Shown here piece after piece: positions 38,455 to 50,424 of a stretch of DNA of 64,000 nt. The stretch spans positions 114,826,001 to 114,890,000 of the forward strand of contig NC_058373.1 in the NCBI RefSeq assembly GCF_018350175.1, written 5' to 3'. The notes under the pieces are model-generated. The model saw only the letters and a list, made by a program, of their open reading frames with translations, had not been told where the DNA came from and did not search any database. Both the position numbers and the translations under genes were made by a program. Each line of letters starts with the position of its first letter. Positions within the stretch are counted from its first letter, which is position 1. The DNA comes from Felis catus (lineage: Eukaryota).

Positions 38455-38958
38455 CTCTCTCAGGAGGGCCCGGGGGTTACCGCCCCTCGAGAGCAAGCTT
38501 GGGGCCCACCAACACCACCTCCAGAAGGCCCACTGTGTTTGGGGGCAGGGCTGCCTCAGGGTCAGCGCCCTTCTGCATTTGCAGGATTTTCTGGCTGCGT
38601 GTGGACCCTCTCTGTCCCTCTCTGCTCCTTTAGCCTGCAGAAAGGGAGTAGAGGGAGTGGGGCACCTGTTGCTAGAAGAGTGGCCTACATCACAAAAAGA
38701 TGTGGCGACCCCTCCGGCACCAGTCAGTTTATAACTGTCCCAGCCCCAACCTGTTGGTGGAGAATCACAGGACAATGGTAAAAGCACTGACCTCCGCCCT
38801 TCGTGAACACCCTCCGGTTCCCCTCTCTCACTTCCCATGTCCCCCCACCATGTTCCACCCTCTCCAGCACTTTGGGGGTATCTTGCCCTGAGTTTGCTAA
38901 GCCAAATAGCCAGCGGGAGGCCCATGGCTGTTAACCGGAACAGCAGGCTGGTTGCTTG

Positions 38959-38978
38959 GTTGCCATGGCAACAGCTGT
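38959..38978. promoter_or_regulatory. Perfect palindromic RFX X-box with abutting E-box
   Basis: GTTGCCATGGCAAC at 38959-38972, overlapping CAGCTG at 38972-38977, in non-repetitive sequence. Confidence 0.6.
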
Positions 38979-39399
38979 TGTGAGTAAGTGGTCCTTGTGG
39001 CAGAAGACGATGTAATATACCAAATTTGGGGCCCCCGTGGGCATCTGCTAGAGGCTTCATTGGGTGCCTTCTGTGGCACTGGGCTGCACGCAGGGGCTGT
39101 GACTGAGGAGGTGCCAGCCCAGAGGTGCATCCTGTGTCCGGAGACCCAGCTCTAGACATCACCCAAGGCCAAGGCCTTGCACTTCTGCTCCCAGCTATGA
39201 TGTATGAGAGCAGCCCTCCCGCTGAGAACAGCCGGGAAATCTGGACAAAGCATTGAAAAGTCTGCACGAGGTTGCGAATGAGGTGGATAGGGCAGATGTC
39301 CCCCCCCTAGGGACCCATTTTGGCGTGGGCACAGTGGCCCTGTGCTGCTGTTAAAATAGCAAAACTCCTACCAAAAGTTGTCCAGGCTTGCTGCGTGCC

Positions 39400-39755
39400 T
39401 TCTCTCCTTCCATTCCTCCTTGATGCCACTCCAGCCAGGGTTTTGTCCCTACCGTTCCTCTAAAATGCTCTTGTCAAGGTCACCAGTGACTTCCAAGTGA
39501 CTAGATGCCATCCTTAATTCGTGGTCCTCGTCTTTCTTTTCTATCAGCCGCTTTTGACACTGTGAGTCACTCTCCGGTCTCCTGTCACTCTTGGCTTCAG
39601 GGAGACCAGACTCACCAGCTGTTCCTTCTCCTTGTCTGTGCTGGGGCTTCCTCTTCCCTGACCCTTGAACCTTGGAGGGCCCAAGAGCTTAAGGCTTGGT
39701 CCTCCGGTTTGTTCAGTCTTCACTTGCTCCCTGAGGGATCTCACCTAGACTAGGA
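39400..39755 (+). mobile_element. L2 LINE internal fragment
   Basis: tgctcttgtcaaggtcaccagtgacttcc...cagccgcttttgacactgtgagtcactctcc...ttggcttc. Confidence 0.7.
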
Positions 39756-40304
39756 TCCCAGGAAACAGGCTCTAAGCCGGAGATTTGCCTCGGGATGAAC
39801 ACCTGTAAGAACGCAGAGGCACCAGGTGACCTGTGATGCTGTTGCAGGAAAGGCTTCAGCCCACAGTGCTGGGATCTGGGGAGTGCCAGACACAGTGCTG
39901 TGCAGGAATTAGCTCGCTAAAGCCCTCGCGGAGGAGGTTGTGTCATCGTCTCCATTCTGCAGGTGCAGAGGTGGAGGCTGGATGAAGTTATCCAGCTTGC
40001 CCACCATGAGGAGCTGGGATCCGACTCAGTCTGGTTTCCTCCCAGCACCCTACCCTCCTGCTGCTCTATAGAGCTCCAGCAGAGCATGCTGGGTAAACTC
40101 CAGGGCCAGGTCCCTCGGAGGCCCCCTGGAATGCCCACTGCAGGGCTCCCTGGGCCTGTCCTCACCCTGCTGAGAGGAAACGTGTCCCTCCGGAGGTCTG
40201 GGCCAGGGCTGGAGGCCATACACAGCTGTGGCAGTCTCTTGTTTCACTCAAAGATGCATGAGAAATTTGTACCTGCTTCTTGATCATTAGAAAAGTAACA
40301 TCCA

Positions 40305-40525
40305 GGTGCACCTGGGTGGCTCAGTCAGTTAAGCCTCTGACTTTGGCTCAGGTCCTGATCTCATGGTTCTTGAGTCCGAGCCCCGCGTTGGCTTCTGTGC
40401 TGACAGCTCAGAGCCTGGAGCCTGTTTCGGATTCTGTGTCTCCCTCTCTCTCTCTGCCCCTTCCCCACTTGTGTTCTCTCTTTCTCTCTCTCAAAAATAA
40501 ATAAACTTAAAAACCAAAACAAGAA
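40305..40525 (+). mobile_element. CAN-SINE
   Basis: Head, (CT)n and AATAAA tail. Confidence 0.95.
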
Positions 40526-42269
40526 AAATAATGTCTGATCTCCCCAATATTTGAACAAAAGGAAGAAGCACTGTGGTTACCTCATGTCTTTGTGTTTCCC
40601 TGGATGGATTACCTCATATCCTTGACCCCTTTATCCGGTAGATGTGGGCACTGAAAATGAGGACAGAGGAACAGATTCTGCTTTCCCACCACCTAGGCCC
40701 GGAGCACACCCCCTCCATCTTTCTTTCCTTTCCTGTATTTTCTCCAGGTGCTATGACTCACAGCCCCCTGGGCTGGCGGCCGTCAGGCTGGGGGTGGGGG
40801 TGGTGGAAGGTGCTGCTAGGGAGGCCCCCCTCGGATTCTGTCCCTATCTGCTCCTAATACACCAAGGCTGCTGCGTTTCAGGATCTGACAGAGCTGTTCT
40901 CTGTTGGTGAAAGAATTCAAGCAGCCCCAGAGACAAGATGAAGGGATGAGGACCCAGAGAGCCAGACCTCTCTTTTCCCAAGTCCCCTAGTGCCCCCTCT
41001 CAGCATACAGCGTGCGCACCTCAGGGAGCCACGCGGCACAGATGGTTCTGGAATTTGAAGAAAAAAAAAAATCAGTGACCAAATAAGCAGATCTCTAACC
41101 TTCGGGGATGAACCCCTCTGCCTTTCTGAAGAACTTTTATATGTAAAGTGTACGTGTGTGTGTCACACACACGCATATATGCTCCATACTCACGAGCATG
41201 GCCCTGTCCACACAAAAGCTTGTACCCGTGTGCAGATGTAAGCACATCGGCACTACCCACACGCGGGCCCGTGCACACACACACAAGTGCACCCACACAC
41301 TCCTGCAAGCAGCCACACCCAGAACTGGAAACCCTGACGGGGTCAGGACTGGGATGAAACTGTTCTCACCCTTGATGTTGCTGGAGCCACAGCTGTCGGC
41401 TGCTGCCATGGCTGCCAGGGCCACCTCCAGAGTTGCTGTTCTCCAGGGGCCGGGTGACAGTCTGTGGTCTCTTGGAAAGCCATTCTTGCCCTTGCTAGTC
41501 AGAGCCCAGGGTGATGTTTAAAGTGTGCCGGAGACGCTTCGAGTGTAGGTTTCGGGGACAGCCATTGAAGCATCTGCAGAATTTTCACAGCATCCACCCT
41601 GAGGCTGGAGGGAGAATAGAGTAGGCTGGTTTTAGACGTGACCTCCTGGGTTTCTCTGACTTTTGAAGTGCTGGGCATCAGTTTGGGGCCCACAGGAGGA
41701 GGGCTGAAGACGGGGCTCTTAATGGGTGATGGGAGTTGGAGGCGGAGGAGGGGCACTGGTCTAAGGTGGAGTCCCTGAGGTGGGGTCCTGCCCAGACAGG
41801 GGAAGGAAGGAATGACTGGCCAATGGCAGAGGCCAAGGACATTGGGTGGTCAGTACCTGAGAAGGCCAGCTAGCAGTGCTCAGTGTTAGGGCTGCGGCTG
41901 TGCCCCTAGCCTTGGCCCAGCCAGACAACTCAGGAAGGACTGGAGCTTGGCAGATCCCTGAAGGGGAACAAGGGCCGCGTGGCAGGCATTGTCCCCATTT
42001 TGCAGTGAAGACATCAGGCCAGACAGCTCATGAATGGCAGAACCAAGAAGGAAAGCCCATGTTCTTTCTTTAAAAAAGATGATTCGATTTTTAAAAATCA
42101 CAAAAGCTACACATGCCTGTTTTAGCAAATGCAATAATACAGAGCTATCTAAAGGAAAAGTGAACACTGTCCTTCTGCCCCTTCTCCCCACCCCACTCCA
42201 ATACCGTCTACCCGAGCTAAACATTAACAGCCTGCCATGCAATTTTCTTTTCCCTGTGATCACAGAAAT

Positions 42270-42270
<1 letters not shown>

Positions 42271-42309
<39 letters not shown>
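42271..42309. repeat. (CA)n microsatellite
   Basis: About 19 perfect units. Confidence 0.95.
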
Positions 42310-42638
42310 CTAGCTCTCTCTCCCTGGCTCTCTCCTTACACACAGAAAATGGACTCTCACCCTTATAAATGATCCATCCAGTGTCCCTTTCCCTTTAAAA
42401 TACTGGAGACATCTCTCCAAGACAGGGTGCTTAGGTCTACCTCATTCTAGAGGATGGCCTTACCACAGTTTGTTTAATGGGCCCCCACTAATGGACACTC
42501 AGGGCGTTTCAAGGCTTTGCCAACATAATACGCATGCTAGAAGAGACACTCATACGTACGACTTTATACACTCCTGCTTTCTTTCTGTTGTGTAAAGCTC
42601 CCACACTGGGATTACTGCTCAAAGCTCTGTATGTTTTA

Positions 42639-42856
42639 TTTCTTTTTTTAAATTTGTAAAATATTTATTTATTTTTGAGAGAGAGACAGAGTGCAAGTGG
42701 GGGAGGAGCAGAGAGAGAGGGAGACACAGAATCCAAAGCAGGCTCCAGGATCTGAGCTGTCAGCCCAGAGCCCAACATGGGGCTCGAACCCACAAACTGT
42801 GAGATCATGACCTGAGCCGAAGTCAGACGCTCAACTGATTGAGCCACCCAGGTGCT
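42639..42856 (-). mobile_element. CAN-SINE
   Basis: TSD GCTCTGTATGTTTTA. Confidence 0.95.
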
Positions 42857-42883
42857 CTGTATGTTTTAAATTTAAACACACTT

Positions 42884-43094
42884 GGAGCGCCTGGGTGGCT
42901 CAGTCGGTTGAACGTCCGACTTTGGCTCAGGTCATGATCTCACGGGTCATGGGTTTGAGCCCCATGTCGGGCTCTCTGCTGTCAGCCCTGAGCCCGGTTT
43001 GGATCCTCTGTCTCCTTTTCTCTGCTTTCCCCCCACTAGCGCATGCATGCACACACTCTGTCTCTCAAAAATAAACATTTTTTTTTTAAAAAAA
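42884..43094 (+). mobile_element. CAN-SINE
   Basis: ggagcgcctgggtggctcagtcggttgaacgtccgac head. Confidence 0.95.
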
Positions 43095-43099
43095 GGATC

Positions 43100-43560
43100 T
43101 TCCTTAATGTTCGGTTATTCTACTGAATTTTCTTACAATATTTTTTTCATATGTATATTTTAAATTCATCTGGAATTTGTTTCAGTATCTCTGTTGTGAA
43201 CTAGGGACTAATTTTGTTTTCTTCCATATGATTAGCCAGTTATGCCAACACTAATTATGCCAAACTATCTTTTCGTCACTGAATTAGAATGCCGATTTGT
43301 CATATACTGAGTTCTTGTATATATTATTTCTGGATTATATCCTGTTCCTCTGATCTTTTTGTTTTTTCTCCAGCCAGCACCATATCGTTGTGATTACAGA
43401 GGCTTTAGGTTAGGTTTAATAACTGGTGAGGCAAGTCTCTACTGTTGTCGTCTCGTTGTTGTTGTTGTTGTTTGCTTTCTTTTGGGGGGGGAGGGGCTGG
43501 GAGAGAGAGGTCTGCGCCCTCTTCAGATGTTTGTTCTTCCAGAGGAACTTTCCAATTTTG
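43100..43560 (-). mobile_element. Old L1 fragment
   Basis: ttcatctggaatttgtt...tttcttccatatgattagccagttatgccaacac...tctggattatatcctgttcc. Confidence 0.55.
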
Positions 43561-45495
43561 TTGTCAAGATGAAAGCAAAGGTGATTGGTATCCCCACTGG
43601 GAACGGCATCTGTGTCGGCCCTACATGTGTTTGGAAGCCCATGGTCCTGTCACCGTACGGGGCGGGGCTCTCGTTGGCACCTCCCAGCCTTGTGATCCCT
43701 CGACCACATAGGAGAGCAGTGAAAAAGGTAAAGGCAGCTTCAGCCTGAGCTTGGAACTTCCCCTCTGCAGAATATTGTTGTGCTTTCCCTCGGAAAAGAG
43801 ATGCAAATTCATATCATGTTCATCGGGTTTGGTGATTCCGTCTTGGTTTAACACCAATAGTGGCTCGGAGATAACTTTGTGCTGCCTGACATGCTGCAAA
43901 AATACCCAAGACCAGTGTTCTGGGGTATGTAGGTAAGTTTTGTTCTTTCGTTGTTAAGAGATGCCAAGGGGCAGAGTTGCTAGAAAGGAGGGCGTGCTCA
44001 TTTAACGCGGCACTAGCTCCATCCGGATTGCCCGTGGCACCCCCCCTTGGGGCTGTCCTCCTGGGCTCCCAGCTGTCTCCCCACCTTGTCTCCCCACCTT
44101 GTCGTTGGCCCCTGCTTGGTTCTTGGGGGAGCGCGTAATTGGGGCTGGTTCACTGTGCAGCTGCTTAGGAGAGCTACTAAAGGGAGTGGGCAGCAGACCC
44201 AGAGCCGACACAATACTCCTTTCTCCGCTGCCTCCTCCCTGCCCCTTCAGCCATCCCAAAGGCCCAGATCACACAGGTAAGAGGCACCGACTTTGGATTC
44301 CCTTCTAGTTCTTCTCCCTGTCCGCGGGACCCCCGCCAGCTCTAATGCTTCCTTTCTCTGCATCACATGAGATGAGACATTTCAGCAATTCTTCCTCTGC
44401 ATCACATCCCCCTCCATCCCCCTCCCCCCCCACCCACCCCCTCCCTCCCACCCCCCACCCCCACCCCCCCCACCCCCGCCCCATTGCTTTAGAAGTGCTT
44501 GCTGTGAGGCATTGCCCTGGGAGTGCTGAGCTAGATTCGATCCCTGGCTTTGTCTCTTTTTTTAAAAAATCTATATTTAACCAGTTTGTCCCTAAAGGGA
44601 ATTAGCCAAGTCAGGCCTTCAGTGAGTGCCAAAGGCTTGGGATGGCACTAGGAGTTCTGAACCTGGAGTCCAAGAATGGACCTCAGGGTGCACACATACC
44701 TCAGTCTATGTGTGCTTTATTTTCTGAGGAGAGTCCTTAGCTCTTAACAGGGTCTCAGAACAGATGTGTGACCACTCCCCTCCTCCCCAAAAAGAACCAC
44801 CGCCAGGAGGACAGGGTTAAGTAGCTTTATAGGCAAGCAGAGTAAAGGAATGGCATTCTAGAAATCGAGGGAAGGGTCTTAACAAGAAGGGATGGGAGGG
44901 GGAACTTTGTATGCAAAGTTTTGTGTGAATATACCTTCCGAGACTAGGATACGGAGCTTTCATTACATCCCCAAAGGGTTCATAAGTCCCATATTTAAGA
45001 ATCACAGATACAGAGGCTCAATGACATTTAAAGCATTAATGTTATCTGAGAAGATAGATACTTCTAATAGAAATTTTTTTCAAAATGTAAATGCATTTAA
45101 TTCATCATAGAACATCTGAAAAACTCTTCAGGGAGTCTTCTAAAATTCATTTATAATCCCAATGCCACTTTTTTTTTTTTTAAGATTCTTCCAGAATGTC
45201 TGCTCTCTATCTATCTGTCTTTCATTCTTTCTCTCCATGTATGTGTGTATGTATGCAAACTTAGAATCACAACGATTTTTAGCATGATTCTTTCTACTTA
45301 TTTTATGAGCACTGTCACCTATTGTTAGTTTTCTAAAAGTGTTTTTCAAACTTCTCTTAATAATAGAACACTTACTTTCAAACCAAATCTTATGCAGAGG
45401 TCGAAAATATGAAATAAAAGATGAGAAGTTCTAGCTAAAACACAGGGAGAGAAGAAACCATTTGAAAGCCACTGCTTTTAAAATGAGTTTTAATG

Positions 45496-45723
45496 GGGGC
45501 GCCTGGGTGGCGCAGTCGGTTAAGCGTCCGACTTCAGCCAGGTCACGATCTCGCGGTCCGTGAGTTCGAGCCCCGCGTCGGGCTCTGGGCTGATGGCTCA
45601 GAGCCTGGAGCCTGTTTCCGATTCTGTGTCTCCCTCTCTCTCTGCCCCTCCCCCGTTCATACTCTGTCTCTCTCTGTCCCAAATAAATAAATAAAAAAAA
45701 AACGTTGAAAAAAAATTTAAAAA
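45496..45723 (+). mobile_element. CAN-SINE, very young felid subfamily
   Basis: CpGs intact (ggcgcagtcggttaagcgtccgac...ccccgcgtcggg); perfect TSD AAAATGAGTTTTAATGG at 45480-45496 and 45724-45740. Confidence 0.97.
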
Positions 45724-45779
45724 AAAATGAGTTTTAATGGCTACCTAGTATTGTATCATATGTATGTGCAGTGTGGCCA

Positions 45780-46252
45780 TGGCTGGATTTAGCAAATAAA
45801 AATACAAGACATCCAGGTAAACTAGAACTGCAGATAAACATTGAATAATTAAAATTTTTTTTAATATTTACTTTATGTTTTGAGAGAGAGAGAGACAGAG
45901 AGCAAGTGAGGGAGAGAGAGAGAGAGAGAGAGGGAGACACAGACTCTGAAGCAGGCTTCAGGCTCTGAGCTCTCAGCACAGAGCCCGGTGTGAGGCTCGA
46001 AATCACCAACCACAAGATCATGACCTGAGCCAAAGTCAGACACTTAACCAACAAAGCCACGAAGCGCCCCTAAACATGGAATAACTTTTTAGTGTAATTA
46101 TATTCCAATTTGAATATCAGAGAAACAATGAATACTTTTTTAGAATAAGTATATCCCATGTAATATTTGGGACATACTTACACTAAACAGATTATTCATT
46201 GTTTATCTGGAATTCTAATTTCACTAAGCACCTGTATTTTACAAGGCAACTT
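45780..46252. mobile_element. MER53-like palindromic hAT MITE, split by a SINE
   Basis: gatttagcaaataaaaatacaagaca...ataagtatatcccatgtaatatttgggacatactta...ctgtattt...ggcaac. Confidence 0.7.
45854..46070 (-). mobile_element. CAN-SINE
   Basis: TSD TAAACAT(T/G)GAATAA. Confidence 0.95.
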
Positions 46253-46432
46253 TATGTGCCCTAGTTTATCTGACCAAGCTCCCATTGTTGGACATTTAGA
46301 TCATTTCCAATGTTTTGCTAGCTAAAAATTACTGAGCAGTATATCTTTGTACCCACATCTTCATAGACTTATTTTATAACATCCTAGAATCAGAATTGCT
46401 AGACCAAAAGTGGTAAACAGTCTAAAGGCTTT

Positions 46433-46600
46433 TTATTTAATTTATTTTTTATCTTTTTATAGAGAGTGCAAGTGGAGGAGAGGGGCAGAGAGAGAGACAG
46501 ACAGAATCTCAACGCTGGGCTCGATCCCACGACCTGGGATTATGACTTGAGCCGAAGTCAAGAGTTAGATGCTCAGCCAACTGGGCCACCCAGGAGCCCC
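46433..46600 (-). mobile_element. CAN-SINE, internally deleted
   Basis: TSD TAAAGGCTTTT. Confidence 0.9.
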
Positions 46601-46879
46601 TAAAGGCTTTTGACACATTTGCCCTGTTGTTATCCACCAAGGAATATATTCTCAAGAGCCCTGCATGCAAGCACCTGTTTCTGGAGGAGTTAAATATGCA
46701 TCAACCCATTATTGATGATTAGTGTTAGGTGTTGTTCTGTCCTGTCCAGACCCTGAGGCAGTAAGCTTCAAGGGGGGCAAGTTTGATCCTTGGGGTCCAG
46801 GATAGCCAGAAGGGCCTGGTTAGTCCAACGGCATCTAGGTGCTTGGGGTCAGGAGTCGGGGCTGATAAGAAATGGGGTA

Positions 46880-47111
46880 GGGGTGCCTGGGTAGCTCAGT
46901 CGATTAAGCACCCGGCTCTTGGTTTTGGCTCAGGTCGTGATCTCATGGTTCGTAAGTTTGAGCCCCACGTCGGGCTCCATGTCGACAGTGGGGAGCTTGC
47001 TTGGGATGCTCTCTTCTCCCTCTCTCTCTGCCTTTCTCTCTTCTCTGCCCCTCCCCCACTTGCGCGCGTGCAGGCTCTCTCTCAGAGAAAATAAATAAAC
47101 TTTTTAAAAAA
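46880..47111 (+). mobile_element. CAN-SINE
   Basis: TSD TAAGAAAT(G/A)GGGTA. Confidence 0.95.
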
Positions 47112-47639
47112 GTGCAGTAAGAAATAGGGTAGAGATGTGCAGGCCATAAAAGGAGAAGGGGTCACCGGGACAGACTTGACCCAGGAGAAGTAAAAGTAAG
47201 CTGTAATGAACGAGGCCTGTTTTAAGGCATTATTTTTAGTAAGCAGGCTTGCATTCCATAAAGACAGCCATTCCAAGGAGGGGAGAGGCTACAGAGGAAA
47301 ACTTCTCAAAGGAGGGTTTTTTCCACTTAACAAATAAAAATTACATAAACATAGTAATAACCGAAAGGATAGAAAAATCATCCATAATCTCCCCATCCTA
47401 ATAGATCACTGGGTCTATGCTTAGGTAGGCCTCTCTGGTCAAGCTCCATAATTTTCACAAAGCTGCAGCCACCCAGCGTATACGATTTATATCCTGCCCC
47501 TTCCTCCCCATTACCATGCGAGCATTTTTCTGTGCCGCTACAGAGCTTTCAGAGCGAGGACTGTTGACGCTATTTTTTCTTGATCTCACAGGTAATAATT
47601 ATTCATCAAGACAGATTAGAACATCCAGAAAAACAAAAA

Positions 47640-48220
47640 TGGAGTCACAATGCACATATTAATTTGTAGCTTGCTTTTTTTTCACTTAGCTTTGTACGAT
47701 TCGAGAAAATACATTTCTACCATCTTTTTAAATAATCGCAATGTGTTCTATGGAAGGACTATATACCATGACTTATCGAACCAATTCTCTGTTCCCGGAA
47801 GTCTAGGGTGGTTTTTTTTTTTTCTCCACAATCTTTTGCTATTATAAATGGAGGCTATTTTAATAATTTCCTTAGGACAGATTCCTAAAATTGAATCATA
47901 TGTATACATCATTTTCAGCCCCTTGATACATACTGGTAAGTTTACCCCTAGAAGATTTATACCAGTGAATATTCCCTCTAATAAAGCATGAGAGTACACT
48001 CATTTCCCCACAGACTCGAACAATTATTCTAAATGGCTGCTAAATATTCTTTTCAATTGGTGGGACATAATTTACTTACTCTTTCCGCTGATGCTGACAT
48101 TTAGATTGTTTCTAGTTTTCATTCTCATATATAAGACTGTTGTGAACATCTTTGTGCCTAAAATTTGTCTATGACTAATTAAGTGATTAAAATAGGAATC
48201 CTGGATGAGAAGGCATATTT
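47640..48220 (-). mobile_element. Old L1 fragments
   Basis: AT-rich; atttccttaggacagattcctaaaattgaatc...catttcccca; minus-strand ORF remnant YDSILGICPKEII. Confidence 0.5.
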
Positions 48221-48989
48221 ACACAAGTTATTCCCTCTTTCCAAAGGTTAAATTGAAACCTTCTGGATATATGGGAGATTTGGGGCCCAACTGGCACCCT
48301 GCCATGGCTCGGGGAAGATAATGGATAGAATAAACCAGAAAAGGCTGTGCGCCAAAGGATATAGCACTAGAAATGTACCGCCAGACTGTTTTCCAAAAGG
48401 GTACCGATTTAATAACCATTCTGGTGGCTTAAAAACAATTTAATGTAATATTCAAAGATATTAGTCAAGAAGAAAAGCACTATCTACCATTAACCCACAA
48501 CAATGTCATTCCCCACAGAGGACTCTTCAACTGCAATAAAACACACATTTCTGTCCCTCCTGGCCCCAGAGCTAGCATGCCCATCTGCCTAGCTCATGCA
48601 CTTGGCAGGAGCCACTGGTGGGGCTCCAGGTTAACCCTCTTCCCGCAGCTTCCCCATCCTGGGGAGCCTGTGCCTTCTTACCTCCTGTGCAGAGCTCAAG
48701 GAGGAAACACTTTTGTGCCACTCAGAGCTGCTGAGCACTCCTGCAGCTCTGGGGCACCACCATGTACACCCCTTCTTGATGTGACAGACATCTCCTGAGC
48801 ACCTACTGTGTGTTGAGAACAGCTATAGGTCGCATGCAAAGAAGTTCTTGGCTCTTTAGAGATGCTCCAGGATCCGCAATAGACACATAGGGAAGAATGA
48901 TGGGGTGAGCGGATGGATGTTACAGGTCATTTAATGTTCAAGAGGGAAGGGGCCTCGGAGAGCCTTTTGCTCAAAACCCCCTCCTTCTT

Positions 48990-49262
48990 AAAAAAACCGT
49001 TGAACCTTTTCTTTTTCAGTTTTTATTTAAATTCCAGCTAACACACAGTGTGATATTAGTTTCAGGTGTACAACATAGTGATTCAACACCTCCAGACGAC
49101 ACCCGCTGCTCATCACAACAAGTGCCCTCCTTCATCCCCGTCACCTATTTCACCCGTACCCACCCCTCCCCTCGGGCGACCATCAGTTCGTTTTTTGTAG
49201 CTAAGAGCCTATTTCTTGGTTTGCCTCTTTTTTTTTTTCCTCCCTCTTTTGCTCACCTGTTT
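48990..49262 (-). mobile_element. Carnivore L1 3' UTR, 5'-truncated
   Basis: tattagtttcaggtgtacaacatagtgattcaac...acaagtgccctcctt; flanks approximate AACCCCCTCC.TCTTA. Confidence 0.8.
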
Positions 49263-50030
49263 CAACCCCCCTCCTCTTACGCAGTCATCGCAGTCATGGA
49301 GAGAAGGCCTCCGGTGGATGCGGTGCCATGATTATTTAAATGCACTCACAACCCCTGGGCGGTAAGCATCATTACCTCCTTTCTGCAGCCTTGGAAACTG
49401 CTGTTTGCAGAGGTTACCTCAGGCCTCAAGAATGGCTTGTGGGCTAGCCTGAGGGACTTGACTGACAGCACTTTTCGGCTCCCCTTGGCCTGCCCGCCCC
49501 TTTCAACCAAGTTACTAAGTTAAGCACTCCATCCAAAGCACTTTACAAAACGTTTTTTAAAAAAAGTGAAAAGTGGATAAAGTGGCAGAGGAAATACCTG
49601 AGTACCGTACAACCCCTCAGAGTATTCTGTGGTCGGTGCCTAGAGTACAGGTGAGGTTAATGGCCCTGGACCAGCGCTTGGCTTCTTGGCTTCTTACTCC
49701 CCCTCCCCCCACACCCCATTTTCAACTGCGAGGCTTGTGCTTTGGGGAAGAATCGGGAGCCATCAAGCTGGGCCTCCCAGCATTCCCTGAATGTTGAATT
49801 CACCTGCCACAACACCCACCCACACACTCCAGGACTCAGCGGCCCTATACTGCTCCCCTCCGCCTCCACTTTGAAGGGTAGCACAAAGCGCCACCTCAAA
49901 ATATGCCACTTTGGTATATTGATTATTTTGAGCTGTGGGCATTTGAAAACCAGCAAATGCAGGGAGAGGCTTTCTCTGAACTCCCATCATCTGCCTAAAC
50001 ACAGATCCTCCAAAAAGGAACTCGTTGGTC

Positions 50031-50101
50031 TTATTTATGATTTATTTATTTAAATTTTATTTAAATCCAAGTCAGTTAACGTATAGTATAGTAATGGTTT
50101 C
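50031..50101 (-). mobile_element. Extremely truncated carnivore L1 3' end
   Basis: T-rich tail plus tccaagtcagttaacgtatagtatagtaatggtttc; TSD AGGAACTC(GT/AC)TGGTC at 50016-50030 and 50102-50116. Confidence 0.7.
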
Positions 50102-50424
50102 AGGAACTCACTGGTCATAAATCCCCTTCCCGTGAGTTTCAACAACCAAGGAAGATGGACTGTTATCATGGGAGAGGAGACTAGAAGTCAATACCACATC
50201 CAGACAAACTGTCACAAACCATCATACCTCCCATCTGTTCTTCTAAGGGACCATTCATCTTCCTAAAAGCCCTTTACTTTCCCCTAAGAGATCCACGTCC
50301 CCACCCCCTTTCCCTATTAAGATGGTGTATAATCCTGAATTCTAAGCGCCTTGGGGAGTTACTCATCTTTCCTTGGGCATCTTCCATGTATGCATGTTAA
50401 TAAACTGTTTTTCTCTTGTTGACC

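Noticed and set aside
38233..39267. Longest ORF in the track (344 aa, minus strand)
   Set aside because: No recognisable domain; runs through the templated insert and ends in SINE sequence. Consistent with a chance open frame.
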